Below, piece by piece: positions 10,444-21,246 of a DNA stretch of 46,140 nt. The position numbers were made by a program, and so were the translations under genes. How positions within the stretch are numbered: the stretch's first letter is position 1; every line of letters begins with the position of its first letter. This DNA comes from Candidatus Hadarchaeota archaeon (GTDB taxonomy: Archaea > CAYQAE01 > CAYVLA01): positions 1-46,140 of the forward strand of contig CAZUNO010000023.1 of the NCBI GenBank assembly GCA_964621445.1. Direction: 5' to 3'. The notes below the pieces were generated by a model. That model was not told the origin of the DNA, did not search any database, and saw only the letters and a program-made list of their open reading frames with translations.

Positions 10444-11391
10444 CTATTTCCTTTCCTTAAGCCCATCCTGGTCCACCGTCATGATAGCTGCCAAAATAGC
10501 TTTAGTGGCCATGGTGACGTTCTCGATATCCACCTCTTCCGGCACGTCGGTTTCCCTGTGGTAGTTCGGATCGCCGTAGGGGTGTGAGCCGACGTTGATT
10601 ATGGCTGCCGGAAAACCGGCTTTAATGAAGGAGCCATCATCGTCCCCCGGTTGCTTCCGTTTGTGAACCTCCTGCTGCAATCCGATGGAGTAATCCTCGT
10701 TAACCTGGCACATTAAATCGGCTAATTGCTTACCCTCAGGTTTAGTATACAGGGTGGCGTTGGTCTTACGACCGGCCTTCAGCGCTTCACGAGGCTTACC
10801 TCCCAGGGAATCGGTGTTGAATACCGCGATGATGTCATCGCCATACCTCTTGGCATTCTCTGCAGCCGTTATGCTGGTCCAGGGGGTATGCTCCTCGTTG
10901 CAGAAAAGAAACCATAGCGAGCGGTTAAGGGGGTAATCGGCCAAAAACCGAGCCATCTCCAACAGGGCGACCGTACCCACTGCATTATCATATGCTCCCG
11001 GTGAGTCAACCCAGCTCTGGGAGTCCTTATGGGCGCAGACCAAAATGATCTCCTCCGAGCATTTCCCGCCCTTCCTCTTGCCGTATAGATTATATGCCTT
11101 ATACCAGGGGTCCCCCTCCTCCGGCCTGCCGTATTGGTGGGCCTTCGGCTTGGAATCGTCGCAGCGGTAGGCCTGTACATTAACCTCATCTCTCCCAATC
11201 TGATAGTCCCAGCATTCCAACTTTCTGCTGATGAAGTCATCGGCCTCATGCAACGTGCTCTTCTGGTGGCCTGGAAGGGTGAAGTTCAGCTTGCGAAAAG
11301 GCAGGGGGTCCTTGGAAAGGTAGAACAGGTTGTTGGATAGTCTCGTGGAGTCAACCGCGTTGAGCATCCGGGAGATTCTTTCGTTTTTCAT
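10444..11391 (-). CDS. M28-family metallopeptidase
   Basis: AHKDS, PGAYDNAVG, NEEH, NTDSLG, DDGSF and YHRETD zinc-peptidase motifs. Confidence 0.85.
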   Translation of the reverse strand: MKNERISRMLNAVDSTRLSNNLFYLSKDPLPFRKLNFTLPGHQKSTLHEADDFISRKLECWDYQIGRDEVNVQAYRCDDSKPKAHQYGRPEEGDPWYKAYNLYGKRKGGKCSEEIILVCAHKDSQSWVDSPGAYDNAVGTVALLEMARFLADYPLNRSLWFLFCNEEHTPWTSITAAENAKRYGDDIIAVFNTDSLGGKPREALKAGRKTNATLYTKPEGKQLADLMCQVNEDYSIGLQQEVHKRKQPGDDDGSFIKAGFPAAIINVGSHPYGDPNYHRETDVPEEVDIENVTMATKAILAAIMTVDQDGLKERK

Positions 11392-11518
11392 CCTTCAAGT
11401 CAACTCATTAATTTAGGGCTATGCCCAAAGCTAACTGCCTCATTAATGATACGGCTATGATTTGATTCAGGTGATACCTTTGGTAATATTTTTAGCATTT
11501 TTCCCCTCCGGATAGAGG

Positions 11519-12637
11519 ATGAACCCCCGTGGGAGAATGCTGGCCGCGATCGATCATGGCCCTCTGAAAGAAGTCCCTGTCGGTATCTGCTATCTGGACA
11601 TATTTCTAAGGGATCACTGGGACCAGTTAACATCCAGGCCATGGTGGATAATGCGCAGCCCCAAAATTAACGACCACCTTGGAGTGTATGGTGACCTTCT
11701 CGAAAAACTCGACCTTGACTGGATTCCATGCTCAATGTGCCAACCCAGATCATGGCGAGAAAGCCACCGAATATGCAGCGATAACGACCGCTTCTTTCTA
11801 CTCAACAAGGAGGAGAGCACAAGGACCGAGATAAAGAAACCTCCCCCCGGGGGCGGTCACCTGAGCATTTCCTCAGAACCGGTTGTCAGTAGGCGCTCGG
11901 AGATAGAGGATGCAATACCGGTGAGGGATGCCTCTGAGCTAATGAAAGACGGACGTCTGGATTACGTTCAAATGCTCAGGAAGGATATCGGTTCAGACAG
12001 GTTCCTGGTGGCAAGCACGGTCTCCCCCTTCTGGAAAGCCATCATCCAGTACTTCGGTTTCAGGTCAATGATGCTTAATCTTCGGAGAGACCCTCGCCTG
12101 GTAGAGGGGGTCCTGGAAAGGGTGTTACAGGATCGCAAGGGGATCATCACGGCCTACGGTCGAGCAGGCGTGGATGGCATATGGTTGGAGGAATGTTTGG
12201 CATCGGGAGCTGAGATATCTCCTGCGGACTATCGGCGTTTCGTTCTGCCATACAACCGCCAACTTGTTGAAACCATTCACAAGGAGGGCATGAAATGTAT
12301 CTACTATCCCGCGGGGGATGTCATGGACAGGATCGAGGATATCATAGAGACCGGTACCGACTGCCTGTCCCTCGAGGAGAGCAAGAAGGGTTTTTGTATC
12401 GACCTCAAGGATGTGGACGAGAAGGTATCTGGTCGTACCTGTCTTTTCGGGAACCTCTCATCCGATATTCTTGCTCGGGGTAGTGAAAGGGAACTTAGAG
12501 CTAGCATCAAACGTCAGATCAAGATAGGCCGGAAACACGGTCGCTTTGTTATGTCGCTGGGTAGCCCGGTCATCCCTGGAACCGGGTTGAACAGGGTAGC
12601 AAAGTATGTCAGGGTAGCCCGCGAGGAATCGCGTTAG
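11519..12637 (+). CDS. Uroporphyrinogen decarboxylase/MtaA-CmuA superfamily protein
   Basis: N-terminal MNPRGRML, ISPADYRRFVLPY, CLFGNL and FVMSLGSPV. Confidence 0.8.
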   Translation: MNPRGRMLAAIDHGPLKEVPVGICYLDIFLRDHWDQLTSRPWWIMRSPKINDHLGVYGDLLEKLDLDWIPCSMCQPRSWRESHRICSDNDRFFLLNKEESTRTEIKKPPPGGGHLSISSEPVVSRRSEIEDAIPVRDASELMKDGRLDYVQMLRKDIGSDRFLVASTVSPFWKAIIQYFGFRSMMLNLRRDPRLVEGVLERVLQDRKGIITAYGRAGVDGIWLEECLASGAEISPADYRRFVLPYNRQLVETIHKEGMKCIYYPAGDVMDRIEDIIETGTDCLSLEESKKGFCIDLKDVDEKVSGRTCLFGNLSSDILARGSERELRASIKRQIKIGRKHGRFVMSLGSPVIPGTGLNRVAKYVRVAREESR

Positions 12638-12734
12638 GATTTATTTCGAAATGGCGGCAGTCATTTGCTCCTTCTCTTGGCCAGAAAAGACCGTCTTTTT
12701 CGACGGAGTTATGCCAAAAATGGCGACCCAAATC

Positions 12735-12742
12735 CTTAAATA
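12735..12742 (+). promoter_or_regulatory. Putative archaeal TATA box
   Basis: CTTAAATA about 30 nt upstream of ATG 12772. Confidence 0.35.
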
Positions 12743-12756
12743 TTTACAGGCAAAAT

Positions 12757-14013
12757 TTGGCTGGAACCGAAATGAAATATTCCAGGCTCTCTGTCAAACC
12801 ATTCAAATTAATTATGGCCCTAATTGTGTTCTCCCTGATTTTTCTTCCAACCTGTTTTGGTCAGGAAAAGATCAAGGCCATCGCTATAGGGGCCGGTGGC
12901 ATTATTGGAAGACTTGGAAAGATTTTCGAAAACGAGCCCCTTGTCTATTACGACTCGGTAATTGTCAGATCCTCACAATTCAGCAAGCTCTCAGACCAGA
13001 TGAAGGTGATTAGGCTTTACTTCCCCAGAAACTACGAAGAAATGAAAAGCTACGACCTCATACTTCTCGTTTGCACCGACTACTCACTCCTCACCACCAA
13101 GCAGGACAAGTGGATATACGATGCGATCAGGGAGGGTGCGGGCGGAATCAATGATGGTGGCATGTTCAGCGTGATAGCTCCCATCTCCACCGTTTGGGCC
13201 AACAGTCTCGCCCAACAGGCCTTCCCCAACAATGCTCCCCTAGTCGATACGAAAAACTGGAGGGCCACTCGAGGGTTCAGGGTTGAAATAAACCGCGACC
13301 ACCCCGAGCCAATCCTCACCCCCTTTATCCCTTACGATGTCGAGGAAGCACAGCTGGCAGGAGAAGTGGGTATGGTGATTCACAGGCAGGGATCCCAGGT
13401 GCTCGCCTGGCAGATCGGCAACTTCCCAACAAAGACCGACTTCCTGGTCAACTGGGAGTACGAGGAAGGTAGAACCATTACCAGCGGGCAGTACCTAGCG
13501 GAACTCTGGCTGGGATACCCGACACCTGAAACAAATAACCCGTATTCCGTGGATGTATTCATGAACCTGTTATTCTGGCTGACCAACAGGCCCCTGATCG
13601 ACGATATCGAGGTGTTCCACAGGGTCAAGACAACTTTCGAGGAGTACAGGTCCCGGCTCGGGATGCTGATCTCCCTCAGGGATTTCATCGACAAGTTCGG
13701 GGCCAACACCCAGAGGATACAGAGCGAGCTAATGAATCTCCAGGAAGAATACGAGCAGGCAACGGATCTTTATCTGGAGAACAATTTCGTGGATAGCGAG
13801 AGTGCCCTCGAGCAGGGACTGGAAAGATTCCCCAAGGCCGAGGATATCGCTAGAGAAGAGAAGGAGGCGGCCCTGTTATGGGTGTACATAATCGAGTGGC
13901 TGGTCGCCTCATCCGCAATGTTCATATCCGGCTTCGTCCTCTGGACGCTAATGGTCAGGAGAAGGCTATACAAGGACGTAACGGCCACCAGGCTATCACA
14001 GGTCGAGCAATAG
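12757..14013 (+). CDS. YFPR-family membrane-anchored surface protein (paralog 2)
   Basis: Signal peptide, IRLYFPRNY..YDLI, KFGANT, ALLWVYIIEWLV-TM-MVRRRLYKDV. The probable start is ATG 12772. Confidence 0.9.
   Translation: MAGTEMKYSRLSVKPFKLIMALIVFSLIFLPTCFGQEKIKAIAIGAGGIIGRLGKIFENEPLVYYDSVIVRSSQFSKLSDQMKVIRLYFPRNYEEMKSYDLILLVCTDYSLLTTKQDKWIYDAIREGAGGINDGGMFSVIAPISTVWANSLAQQAFPNNAPLVDTKNWRATRGFRVEINRDHPEPILTPFIPYDVEEAQLAGEVGMVIHRQGSQVLAWQIGNFPTKTDFLVNWEYEEGRTITSGQYLAELWLGYPTPETNNPYSVDVFMNLLFWLTNRPLIDDIEVFHRVKTTFEEYRSRLGMLISLRDFIDKFGANTQRIQSELMNLQEEYEQATDLYLENNFVDSESALEQGLERFPKAEDIAREEKEAALLWVYIIEWLVASSAMFISGFVLWTLMVRRRLYKDVTATRLSQVEQ
13930..14001 (+). repeat. 72-bp exact direct repeat, copy 1 (3' end of paralog 2)
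   Basis: GGCTTCGTCCTCTGG...GGCTATCACAG is identical to 15359-15430. Confidence 0.95.
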
Positions 14014-14140
14014 AAGAAAGCAAGAGGCGGAAAATGCTTGCAGCTATGCCCAACTACCAATAGGAGACCTTGGACACGGTATCCTTACCCAGAACTTCTT
14101 TTCTAGTCCCTTGAGACGAGGGTGATCCCAAAAAGGGAGC

Positions 14141-14148
14141 TATATATA
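14141..14148 (+). promoter_or_regulatory. Putative archaeal TATA box
   Basis: TATATATA preceded by a purine-rich stretch, about 30 nt before the in-frame ATG at 14177. Confidence 0.35.
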
Positions 14149-14158
14149 GTTAAAAAAA

Positions 14159-15442
14159 ATGAAATTTATCATAAGGATGAAAGAGAAGGCTCTCCCAATC
14201 ATCATCATGCTTCTTCTTGTAAGTTCCCCTTCCTATGCCAAGGATGAGGCGAGTAAGATCAAGGTAATTGGAACTGGCAAGGCCCAGGGAATGCCCATAT
14301 TAACCACCTGGTTCACCACCGAGCCGTCGACTGATGCTCTAATTATTCCAACCAGAGTGTATGGAGCGGTGAACGCGGAGTCCATAAGGAGGCACATGCG
14401 CATCTACTTCCCGCGTACGTACGGGGACATTCTAGAATACGCGTTCTTCTTCCTGGCCTCGGTGGATATGCAGTTCTTCGGACCGAAGCACGAGAAATGG
14501 ATCTACGATGCCCTGACCAATCACCAGAAGGGAGGGGTAAACACCAGAAGCGTAATGAGTGCGTACAATGTTTACAGCTTACCCTGGAGAGACAGCATTA
14601 TATCCGGGGCATTTCCGAATGACGCTCCCGCGGTCATAGCAGATAAAAAGATCATCCGTGGGGCCAGGATAATAAGGGAAGTGACCGGAGAACTGGTGGT
14701 AAGGGAGGAAACCGATCTGCCCAGGATCATGAAGCCCTTCAAGGAGCCCATAAACGGGATTTACAGGCAATACCGAGGCCTAACTACCATTCCCAAGCCC
14801 GGCTCGGTTATACTTTCATATGTCAAGACAAACCGGGACGTCGGCCACCCCGTCCCGGGGCAGGTGGCTCACGTGTTCTACTGGCAATGGAACCGATCGA
14901 TAACTTTCACCTTTCAGGACATGGTATATGATCGCTTCTGGAGCTCCAGAACAATTGGGGAGACCAATCCTTATGCCCTGGACATAATCATCAATATACT
15001 ATGGTTCAGCACCGGTAGAGAGCTACCCAGGGACCCCTATAGGATCCACGACTTCAGGAGCAATCTCTATGATTTCGCCATGAGAAAAAGTCTATTGGTA
15101 AGCCTTCTCGATTTCGCCGAAGGCTTTGGGGCGAATCCCTCTCAAGAGTATAAGAAATTGAGAGCCCTGGAAAACACCAAGTCCGATGCGTCTGGTCACT
15201 ACCTTGATGGAGATTTCGATGACGCCTATGAAGAAATGGAAACGGCCTTGGATCTTATGGGGGAGTTGGAGGAAGAGGCTAGGGAGCTTAAAGACAAGGC
15301 ACTCCTGTGGGTCTATTTTGTGGAATGGGCGGTTACCACGGGCATCTTCCTGATTGCAGGCTTCGTCCTCTGGACGCTAATGGTCAGGAGAAGGCTATAC
15401 AAGGACGTAACGGCCACCAGGCTATCACAGATCGACATATAG
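14159..15442 (+). CDS. YFPR-family membrane-anchored surface protein (paralog 3)
   Basis: MRIYFPRTY, NPYALDI, FGANP, ALLWVYFVEWAV-TM-MVRRRLYKDV. Its ectodomain is closest to 24792-26069. Confidence 0.9.
   Translation: MKFIIRMKEKALPIIIMLLLVSSPSYAKDEASKIKVIGTGKAQGMPILTTWFTTEPSTDALIIPTRVYGAVNAESIRRHMRIYFPRTYGDILEYAFFFLASVDMQFFGPKHEKWIYDALTNHQKGGVNTRSVMSAYNVYSLPWRDSIISGAFPNDAPAVIADKKIIRGARIIREVTGELVVREETDLPRIMKPFKEPINGIYRQYRGLTTIPKPGSVILSYVKTNRDVGHPVPGQVAHVFYWQWNRSITFTFQDMVYDRFWSSRTIGETNPYALDIIINILWFSTGRELPRDPYRIHDFRSNLYDFAMRKSLLVSLLDFAEGFGANPSQEYKKLRALENTKSDASGHYLDGDFDDAYEEMETALDLMGELEEEARELKDKALLWVYFVEWAVTTGIFLIAGFVLWTLMVRRRLYKDVTATRLSQIDI
15359..15430 (+). repeat. 72-bp exact direct repeat, copy 2 (3' end of paralog 3)
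   Basis: Identical to 13930-14001; the flanking bases differ. Confidence 0.95.
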
Positions 15443-15651
15443 TCAATATGATAAGCATTTAGGGTTTTGAAGCAAATATACCACAAGTTAAGGTGCCGGG
15501 CAGCCCAACTCCCGATCAACTATTCACCCAAGATAGCCCTTTTAGCAGTTTCACGTTTCAGGATTTGCCTCTCCAGTGATTTCAGTTTCCTGATAGAATT
15601 CCCTCATGTCATGAATGAAGGGAGACCCGGGTACCTACTCCTCAATCGCCT

Positions 15652-17028
15652 TCAAATGCGTCCTGAATCAAAGCCCGAAAGCTGTGCGAATTCCTCCAGC
15701 TCATCGCCGTAATCCCCGTGGAACCAGACCTGGTGGAATCCTGGAAAATCTCGTACCTTCTGAACACCATCGAACTGGACGTTGACCGATATCACGCATC
15801 CTCCGTGCGGGGGCACGCTCAACTGGTCGATAACCTCGCCGGTACCTATCTCCAGTTTGCTGGGAGAGCCCGGATAGACGTCCAATGAGGTGACCCGCTG
15901 CCCCTTCTTCCACCTCGTCTCGGTGGTCACGTCGCGAAGGCCGTGGTGATGGCTCAGGTCGAAAGGTCTTCCAGGGGCTTCGTATCCGTCGAGGCGTGTG
16001 GGGCATGAGCAATGTGCACCGATAACCGAGTTATTGTCGGTGTCCGCCACCGGGTCCTGCTGAAAACCGGGGCGATCAAAAAGATAGTGGGTAATTATAT
16101 GGGAGATGATGGCGCCCTGGTCGGCCTCGCAGATAGCGGGTATACCCGTGTCATTGAACCTGGACCAGGCCAGACAGGGCAATGGAACATCCGGATTTCT
16201 CCTTCCCATACCGAGGCAATCCATGGTGATGGCGTCGCTCTCGTGATCCTCGATCAGTCGGGTGCACGCAGCATATGCTCGGGCAGCCTTCAGCACATCC
16301 TCATGACTTGCATTGGTGAGTGTCCCGGCTTCCCTTTCATATTGGTCCGCCAACTCCCGAATCGGCGGAGAAATATCGGTATTCTTGAATGCCTCCACGT
16401 AGGTCCTTTCCGGTAGGTGCCGTAGTTCAATCCCTGTGTCGGCAAGTCTCTCATCATAGGCCTCCTCACCATGCAGAACCAGGCAACGAGTCCTTTTCAT
16501 TCGGGCCAAGGCGGCCATCATCTTCATTCCAAAGATTGCCTGGTCGAACTGAGGCGCCGAGTAGATCACAACTCCCTGCCTGTCCACGTAATTACGGGTG
16601 TTGGTGGTGAAAGAGGCACCGATTGTGCAGAAGATGACCGTCGGAATTCCCAGGTCAACGGCCCCCTCTGCAGCATACCACGCTGGGCCATGGCGGTCCT
16701 GCAGTATCAGCAGATGACCGTCGGGTTTTTCAGCCTCAACTTCCTCCAGCCATCGGTCGGTGTCCCCCTCATTATATAGAGGCTGCTCGCGAAGTACTAG
16801 ATCAATTCCCATATCCTCGGCCTCTAATCTTAAGCGGCGGACATATCTCTCACGCGCCTCGTCACCCGGGTAAACGGCCCCCGGCCACGACAAACCATAC
16901 TCCTTTCGGCGCACGAAGGCTGCCCTGACGGTGGGTACATACTCTCCTGCAGGGCCACACTGCCCTACATCCAGTTGATCCGCTTTGCTTTGTGACTCTT
17001 CCTCGATCATTTTCATTCTCCTCAGCAA
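15652..17028 (-). CDS. L-fucose/L-arabinose isomerase-like protein
   Basis: DAITMDCL, PCLAWS, IPAICEAD, PGFQQDP, GAHCSC and FHQVWFHGDY. Confidence 0.7.
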   Translation of the reverse strand: MLRRMKMIEEESQSKADQLDVGQCGPAGEYVPTVRAAFVRRKEYGLSWPGAVYPGDEARERYVRRLRLEAEDMGIDLVLREQPLYNEGDTDRWLEEVEAEKPDGHLLILQDRHGPAWYAAEGAVDLGIPTVIFCTIGASFTTNTRNYVDRQGVVIYSAPQFDQAIFGMKMMAALARMKRTRCLVLHGEEAYDERLADTGIELRHLPERTYVEAFKNTDISPPIRELADQYEREAGTLTNASHEDVLKAARAYAACTRLIEDHESDAITMDCLGMGRRNPDVPLPCLAWSRFNDTGIPAICEADQGAIISHIITHYLFDRPGFQQDPVADTDNNSVIGAHCSCPTRLDGYEAPGRPFDLSHHHGLRDVTTETRWKKGQRVTSLDVYPGSPSKLEIGTGEVIDQLSVPPHGGCVISVNVQFDGVQKVRDFPGFHQVWFHGDYGDELEEFAQLSGFDSGRI

Positions 17029-17194
17029 TTTAAAGACGGTATTACGTAAATCCTTCCAGCCTTAAATTAAGATTTACGGGTATAGCGAGCTTCAAAGAAA
17101 GGTAAAGTTGACTAGCTGCACCCAGTCACTGGAAGATGCAAATCATCATCCATGGAAACATGAATGCGCTATTTACCGTTTCATCGGGCAACCC

Positions 17195-18478
17195 TTAGTT
17201 AAAGCGTGTGGTAGTGGTTTCCCTATACAGCATCCTCTTGATCATGACAGCATGTATCACTACGCCACACAACATTCCAGTTGACACAACAACCAGCCAT
17301 TCGATGGTGTATGTCCAGATCAAGGCGATGTCCCTTAGACCCATCGCCTTGTCATCAGCACTCTTCACCTCCTTAATGCATTTCTCCCAGGTGGATATCG
17401 ACTGCTCCACCTCCTGGTTCAGGTACTCCACCTCAGCTTTCTCCGCCATGTCCTCTATTCTGCTTAAGTCTGACAGCAATCTTCCTGTGTTGGCCCCGAA
17501 CTTCTCGGCAAACTCCATAGTGGATAGGAGAATTCCGTAGCGATTTTGGAATTCCTGAGCCTTGATTCGGGCAAGGTGCAAGAGGGGAATATCCTGGTGA
17601 ACCTGCTTACCAAGAGTATTTAGGACCATATTTACAGCAATATCTACGACATACCTGTTTTCACCGCCTTCTGGAGGCGTCAGGAACCATTGGAGACCGA
17701 AAAATTCCGAAACTAACATCGTCCTCCCTTTGGAGTAATCCCAAGCCACAAGAAATGGAGCTCTCTGGATCCCGGGAAATCTTATACCCTTCATAAAACC
17801 GTATATTGTAGAACCTTCCCTGGGGATGATTAACCTGCCATAATTCCCGTGAATCCTTTCTATTCCCAGAGAACGGAATGGTTTTAACGGATTATTATCT
17901 CCAATTGCCGTGATCTCTACGGTAAATGGTTGCCATGCCGCCCCCCACTTTCCGGTGGAAACAACACCCGGAGCGTCGCTGGGAAAGACCTCCCACATCC
18001 CTGACCCTATCCATTTTGAAACTATATCATCCGTCACTGACACGCCCCCGAGATCGGCAATAGCTCCTTTGCCGCCCTCCTCAATCGCTCTTTTCAACAT
18101 CGATATCTGGGAAGAGCTGATGAAGTCAACGGATCCTCCTACATAGACGAATAGATCGCAGTCAAGCATGTTATCATAATTCCGGGGAAGATAAAGCCGA
18201 ATCGCCCGCTCATATTCCGTCGTTGTTAAGGACATTCCATAGCCTCTTGTGGGAACATGGGATACCGAAGTTAACGGTTCTGACATGAACCAGGAAACAA
18301 CAGGGGTCATCTGGGGCATTGTAGCTCCGATGGCCAGGATCTCTAATTGGCGGCTATCGACAGCATGGGCATATGACAAGACGGAGATCAGGCAAATCAA
18401 AACTAGCGACCACCAAGCAAAACGGAAAGCATTGAATTCGAGTTCTAAATTCAAGAGTTGTTCCCCGTGATTTCTCAA
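17195..18478 (-). CDS. YFPR-family membrane-anchored surface protein (paralog 4)
   Basis: IRLYLPRNY, FAEKFGANT, ALIWTYTIEWLV-TM-MIKRMLYRE. Confidence 0.9.
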   Translation of the reverse strand: MRNHGEQLLNLELEFNAFRFAWWSLVLICLISVLSYAHAVDSRQLEILAIGATMPQMTPVVSWFMSEPLTSVSHVPTRGYGMSLTTTEYERAIRLYLPRNYDNMLDCDLFVYVGGSVDFISSSQISMLKRAIEEGGKGAIADLGGVSVTDDIVSKWIGSGMWEVFPSDAPGVVSTGKWGAAWQPFTVEITAIGDNNPLKPFRSLGIERIHGNYGRLIIPREGSTIYGFMKGIRFPGIQRAPFLVAWDYSKGRTMLVSEFFGLQWFLTPPEGGENRYVVDIAVNMVLNTLGKQVHQDIPLLHLARIKAQEFQNRYGILLSTMEFAEKFGANTGRLLSDLSRIEDMAEKAEVEYLNQEVEQSISTWEKCIKEVKSADDKAMGLRDIALIWTYTIEWLVVVSTGMLCGVVIHAVMIKRMLYRETTTTRFN

Positions 18479-18593
18479 ATTTTAAGGCCCCCCTCGAGAT
18501 GTATATATGTTCGGCGAGCATTCCCAATTTAATTTGCAGTTGTAATTCTTGTCCATTATTATAGTCATAGGAGTTGAGAATGGAAATTAGGAT

Positions 18594-19865
18594 TTGAGAA
18601 AAATACTAAAGGCCCTTGAAAACCTTAGTCGCCACATGACATGGGCGAGCTTCAGGGTCATATCGATCCTCTTAATATCACTTATGGCAATTCCAATAAA
18701 TGTGTCGGCGGAAAACGACCTGGTCATGGAGTTCCTCATGGTGGGCGACGTTCAGGGATGGCCGAATAATTTAGGGGATGCACAACCGGCGATAGATATA
18801 AACCTGGTTCCATGTAGATCATTCTTCCTAGACTATTCGGACGAGGACCTTCAAAGGCTAAGCCGGGTTTACTTCCCCAGGAACATGGAGGTATTGAACG
18901 AGTACGAGGTCCTCTTTTTCAACCATCCGAGATTGAACTTCCTCACCCTTAACCAACAACTGATGATGGTCGAATTCGCGGGCACAAAGAATAAGGCATC
19001 AATTGCCTATCCTCTAAGCCACTACGAGGAGGTCCAGGACCCCTGGCTTAACAGCCCCATCTCCGAGGCCTTCCCCGTCGATGTCGAAAAGTTCGCCTCC
19101 GCAAGCCGACAGGGCCTGCCTGACGAGTTCGGTGGATACACCGGCCTAAGGCTCGATGTGAGGGACCCGCCAGTATTCGCCAATTTTGAGCCCTCCGGGA
19201 TATATGATTCAAAGATCTATCAGTGGTCAAGACCGGCCTTCGCCAAGGAGGGCGCCAAAATCTGGGTATCCATGATCGATGGCCCTCCTGCTCTGCCGGA
19301 AGCCCCGGCATTCCTCTCCTGGCCATATGAAGATTCCGAGACCTGGGCGTTCGGCATACATCCTAATCGGATGGGTTTTCATTGGGCCCAGGCCGGGGAG
19401 TGGTGGGAGCTGCAATTCCTTATCATATGCTACTATTCATCCGGTCGGGACATCCCGAAGTTCGACCAGATCCTGAACATGAAGCGGGTTCGATCCCAGT
19501 TCATCCACTTCAGGGAAGTGGAGTCCATGTTCCAGGGTGTGGTTAATTTCGTGTCCAAGGTAGGTGCAAATACCATGGAAAGCGAAGAGATCCTTCTGGA
19601 AGCCCAGATACTTAGGAGCGAGGCTGAGCTCGACTATCTCGAGGGCGCATACCAATCGGCGGATAACACTGTCGAAGAGGCACTGGACATGGTCAACCTT
19701 GCCATGGATGAGGCAATGGAGGCAAAGGACAGGGCTCTTACCTGGATCTACATCTCGGAATGGCTGGCAACATTCGCTGTAGCCATGCTATCCGGCTTCA
19801 TAGTATGGGAGCTCATGGTTAGAAGGATCCTTTACCGCCGAGTAAAAACCACCAAATTGAGATAG
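18594..19865 (+). CDS. YFPR-family membrane-anchored surface protein (paralog 5)
   Basis: SRVYFPRN, KVGANT, ALTWIYISEWLA-TM-MVRRILYRRV. Confidence 0.9.
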   Translation: MRKILKALENLSRHMTWASFRVISILLISLMAIPINVSAENDLVMEFLMVGDVQGWPNNLGDAQPAIDINLVPCRSFFLDYSDEDLQRLSRVYFPRNMEVLNEYEVLFFNHPRLNFLTLNQQLMMVEFAGTKNKASIAYPLSHYEEVQDPWLNSPISEAFPVDVEKFASASRQGLPDEFGGYTGLRLDVRDPPVFANFEPSGIYDSKIYQWSRPAFAKEGAKIWVSMIDGPPALPEAPAFLSWPYEDSETWAFGIHPNRMGFHWAQAGEWWELQFLIICYYSSGRDIPKFDQILNMKRVRSQFIHFREVESMFQGVVNFVSKVGANTMESEEILLEAQILRSEAELDYLEGAYQSADNTVEEALDMVNLAMDEAMEAKDRALTWIYISEWLATFAVAMLSGFIVWELMVRRILYRRVKTTKLR

Positions 19866-19992
19866 GGCCAAATCATGCAATCTGGATTTTGACCAGGCGA
19901 GAAAATTAAAAGGAAAATTCAGAATCGGCCCCAGATTTTTAGATCCAACCTATTTTAAAGCGGAATTTCCCAATCTTCAATTGGAGATGATT

Positions 19993-21246
19993 TCAAGGTT
20001 CATCGTGCATGAGGGCGCCTTTAAGTCTGGTGGTTTCCACCTCTCTGTAGGACCTGCGGCGGATCATAACCGTCCAAAGCGCGAAACCACAGAGGGCACC
20101 GGTCCCGCTCACCGCCAGCCACTCCACCAGGTAGACCCACATGAGGGCCTCATCCTTGAGTCGAACCGCTTCCGCCGTGGCCAGCTTCACTTCCTCCAAT
20201 AGAGACTCCAGAAACTCTATAGCCGGCCCGTAATCCTGGTCCATGTAGTCGTCTGCTGCCCCTTCTGCCTCTCTTTCCAGATATGTCAAATGTTCGTAAA
20301 GCTGGGCTGTATTGGCTCCGAAGCTCTCCGCCCAGTTCATCATCGAGCCAATGAGAGATACATGGGCCCGAATGTTCCTGAACATCCGCCTGGCTTCCCT
20401 TCTAGCCGGTATATCACCTATAAGCTCCATGTCAAGGGAGTAGAATATCATATTGGTCGCTACATCCAGAGCATATGGATTATTGCTTTCGTCCCACCAG
20501 ATATCGAACCTGTGGGCCACATTCCACAGTATGCCTGGATCTCCGCCACCCGGCCTCCACGAAACCAGCCAGGGAAGATCATAGGGCACGATATCCCCCC
20601 ACACCGTGGCCCCCTGTTTGATATACATCTCGGTATACACGTTACCAAACACTTTTTCGGCCCCATACTTCAAAAAGGGGCTGAAAACCGGGTGCCTATT
20701 CGTCCGAAATCTGACCCTGTAGCTTCTGTGGTATGGACTTACGCTTCTTTCGTGTATCGGTATGACCTCTAGTAGGACGGGATGTTCCCAGCCAAGACCA
20801 AGACCGGTTAGTCCGCAAAAAGCCGCCATTTCGCCCTCCCTGAAGGCGTAATCTAGGTCATGGACCTGTCGGGGGAGAAAGTGCTGTATTCGAGGGCTGT
20901 GAAACACCATTATGTCGTAGGCTAGAAGTTCCTTTCTCGTCCTCGGATAGTAGATTCGGTCCAGCTTCCTCTTATCCTCGATTGAAACGCCGCCGGGAAG
21001 AGGGTGTACATCGAGGGTTAACATCGGGTCCTCGATTGACAGTATCCAGAAGGGTTTGTAGTGGGCTCCACCAACAACCATGCCAGTTAGCTGCTCGGAG
21101 GAAGCCAGGGCAGGGAAACAGGAGGATACCAGAATCATGAGGATAACTATTGAATATACTCCAAACCGATTATCATCGCCCGGGCGATAAATGATCAAAT
21201 TCAAACGAGGCCGGGCTCTGATATTATTAAATTGTGTCTTCTGCAA
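19993..21246 (-). CDS. YFPR-family membrane-anchored surface protein (paralog 6)
   Basis: DRIYYPRT, NPYALDV, SFGANT, ALMWVYLVEWLA-TM-MIRRRSYREV. The start is uncertain. Confidence 0.9.
   Translation of the reverse strand: MQKTQFNNIRARPRLNLIIYRPGDDNRFGVYSIVILMILVSSCFPALASSEQLTGMVVGGAHYKPFWILSIEDPMLTLDVHPLPGGVSIEDKRKLDRIYYPRTRKELLAYDIMVFHSPRIQHFLPRQVHDLDYAFREGEMAAFCGLTGLGLGWEHPVLLEVIPIHERSVSPYHRSYRVRFRTNRHPVFSPFLKYGAEKVFGNVYTEMYIKQGATVWGDIVPYDLPWLVSWRPGGGDPGILWNVAHRFDIWWDESNNPYALDVATNMIFYSLDMELIGDIPARREARRMFRNIRAHVSLIGSMMNWAESFGANTAQLYEHLTYLEREAEGAADDYMDQDYGPAIEFLESLLEEVKLATAEAVRLKDEALMWVYLVEWLAVSGTGALCGFALWTVMIRRRSYREVETTRLKGALMHDEP

Noticed and set aside
17090-17150. Possible C/D box sRNA (ATGATGA on the minus strand)
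   Set aside because: No properly placed CTGA D box.
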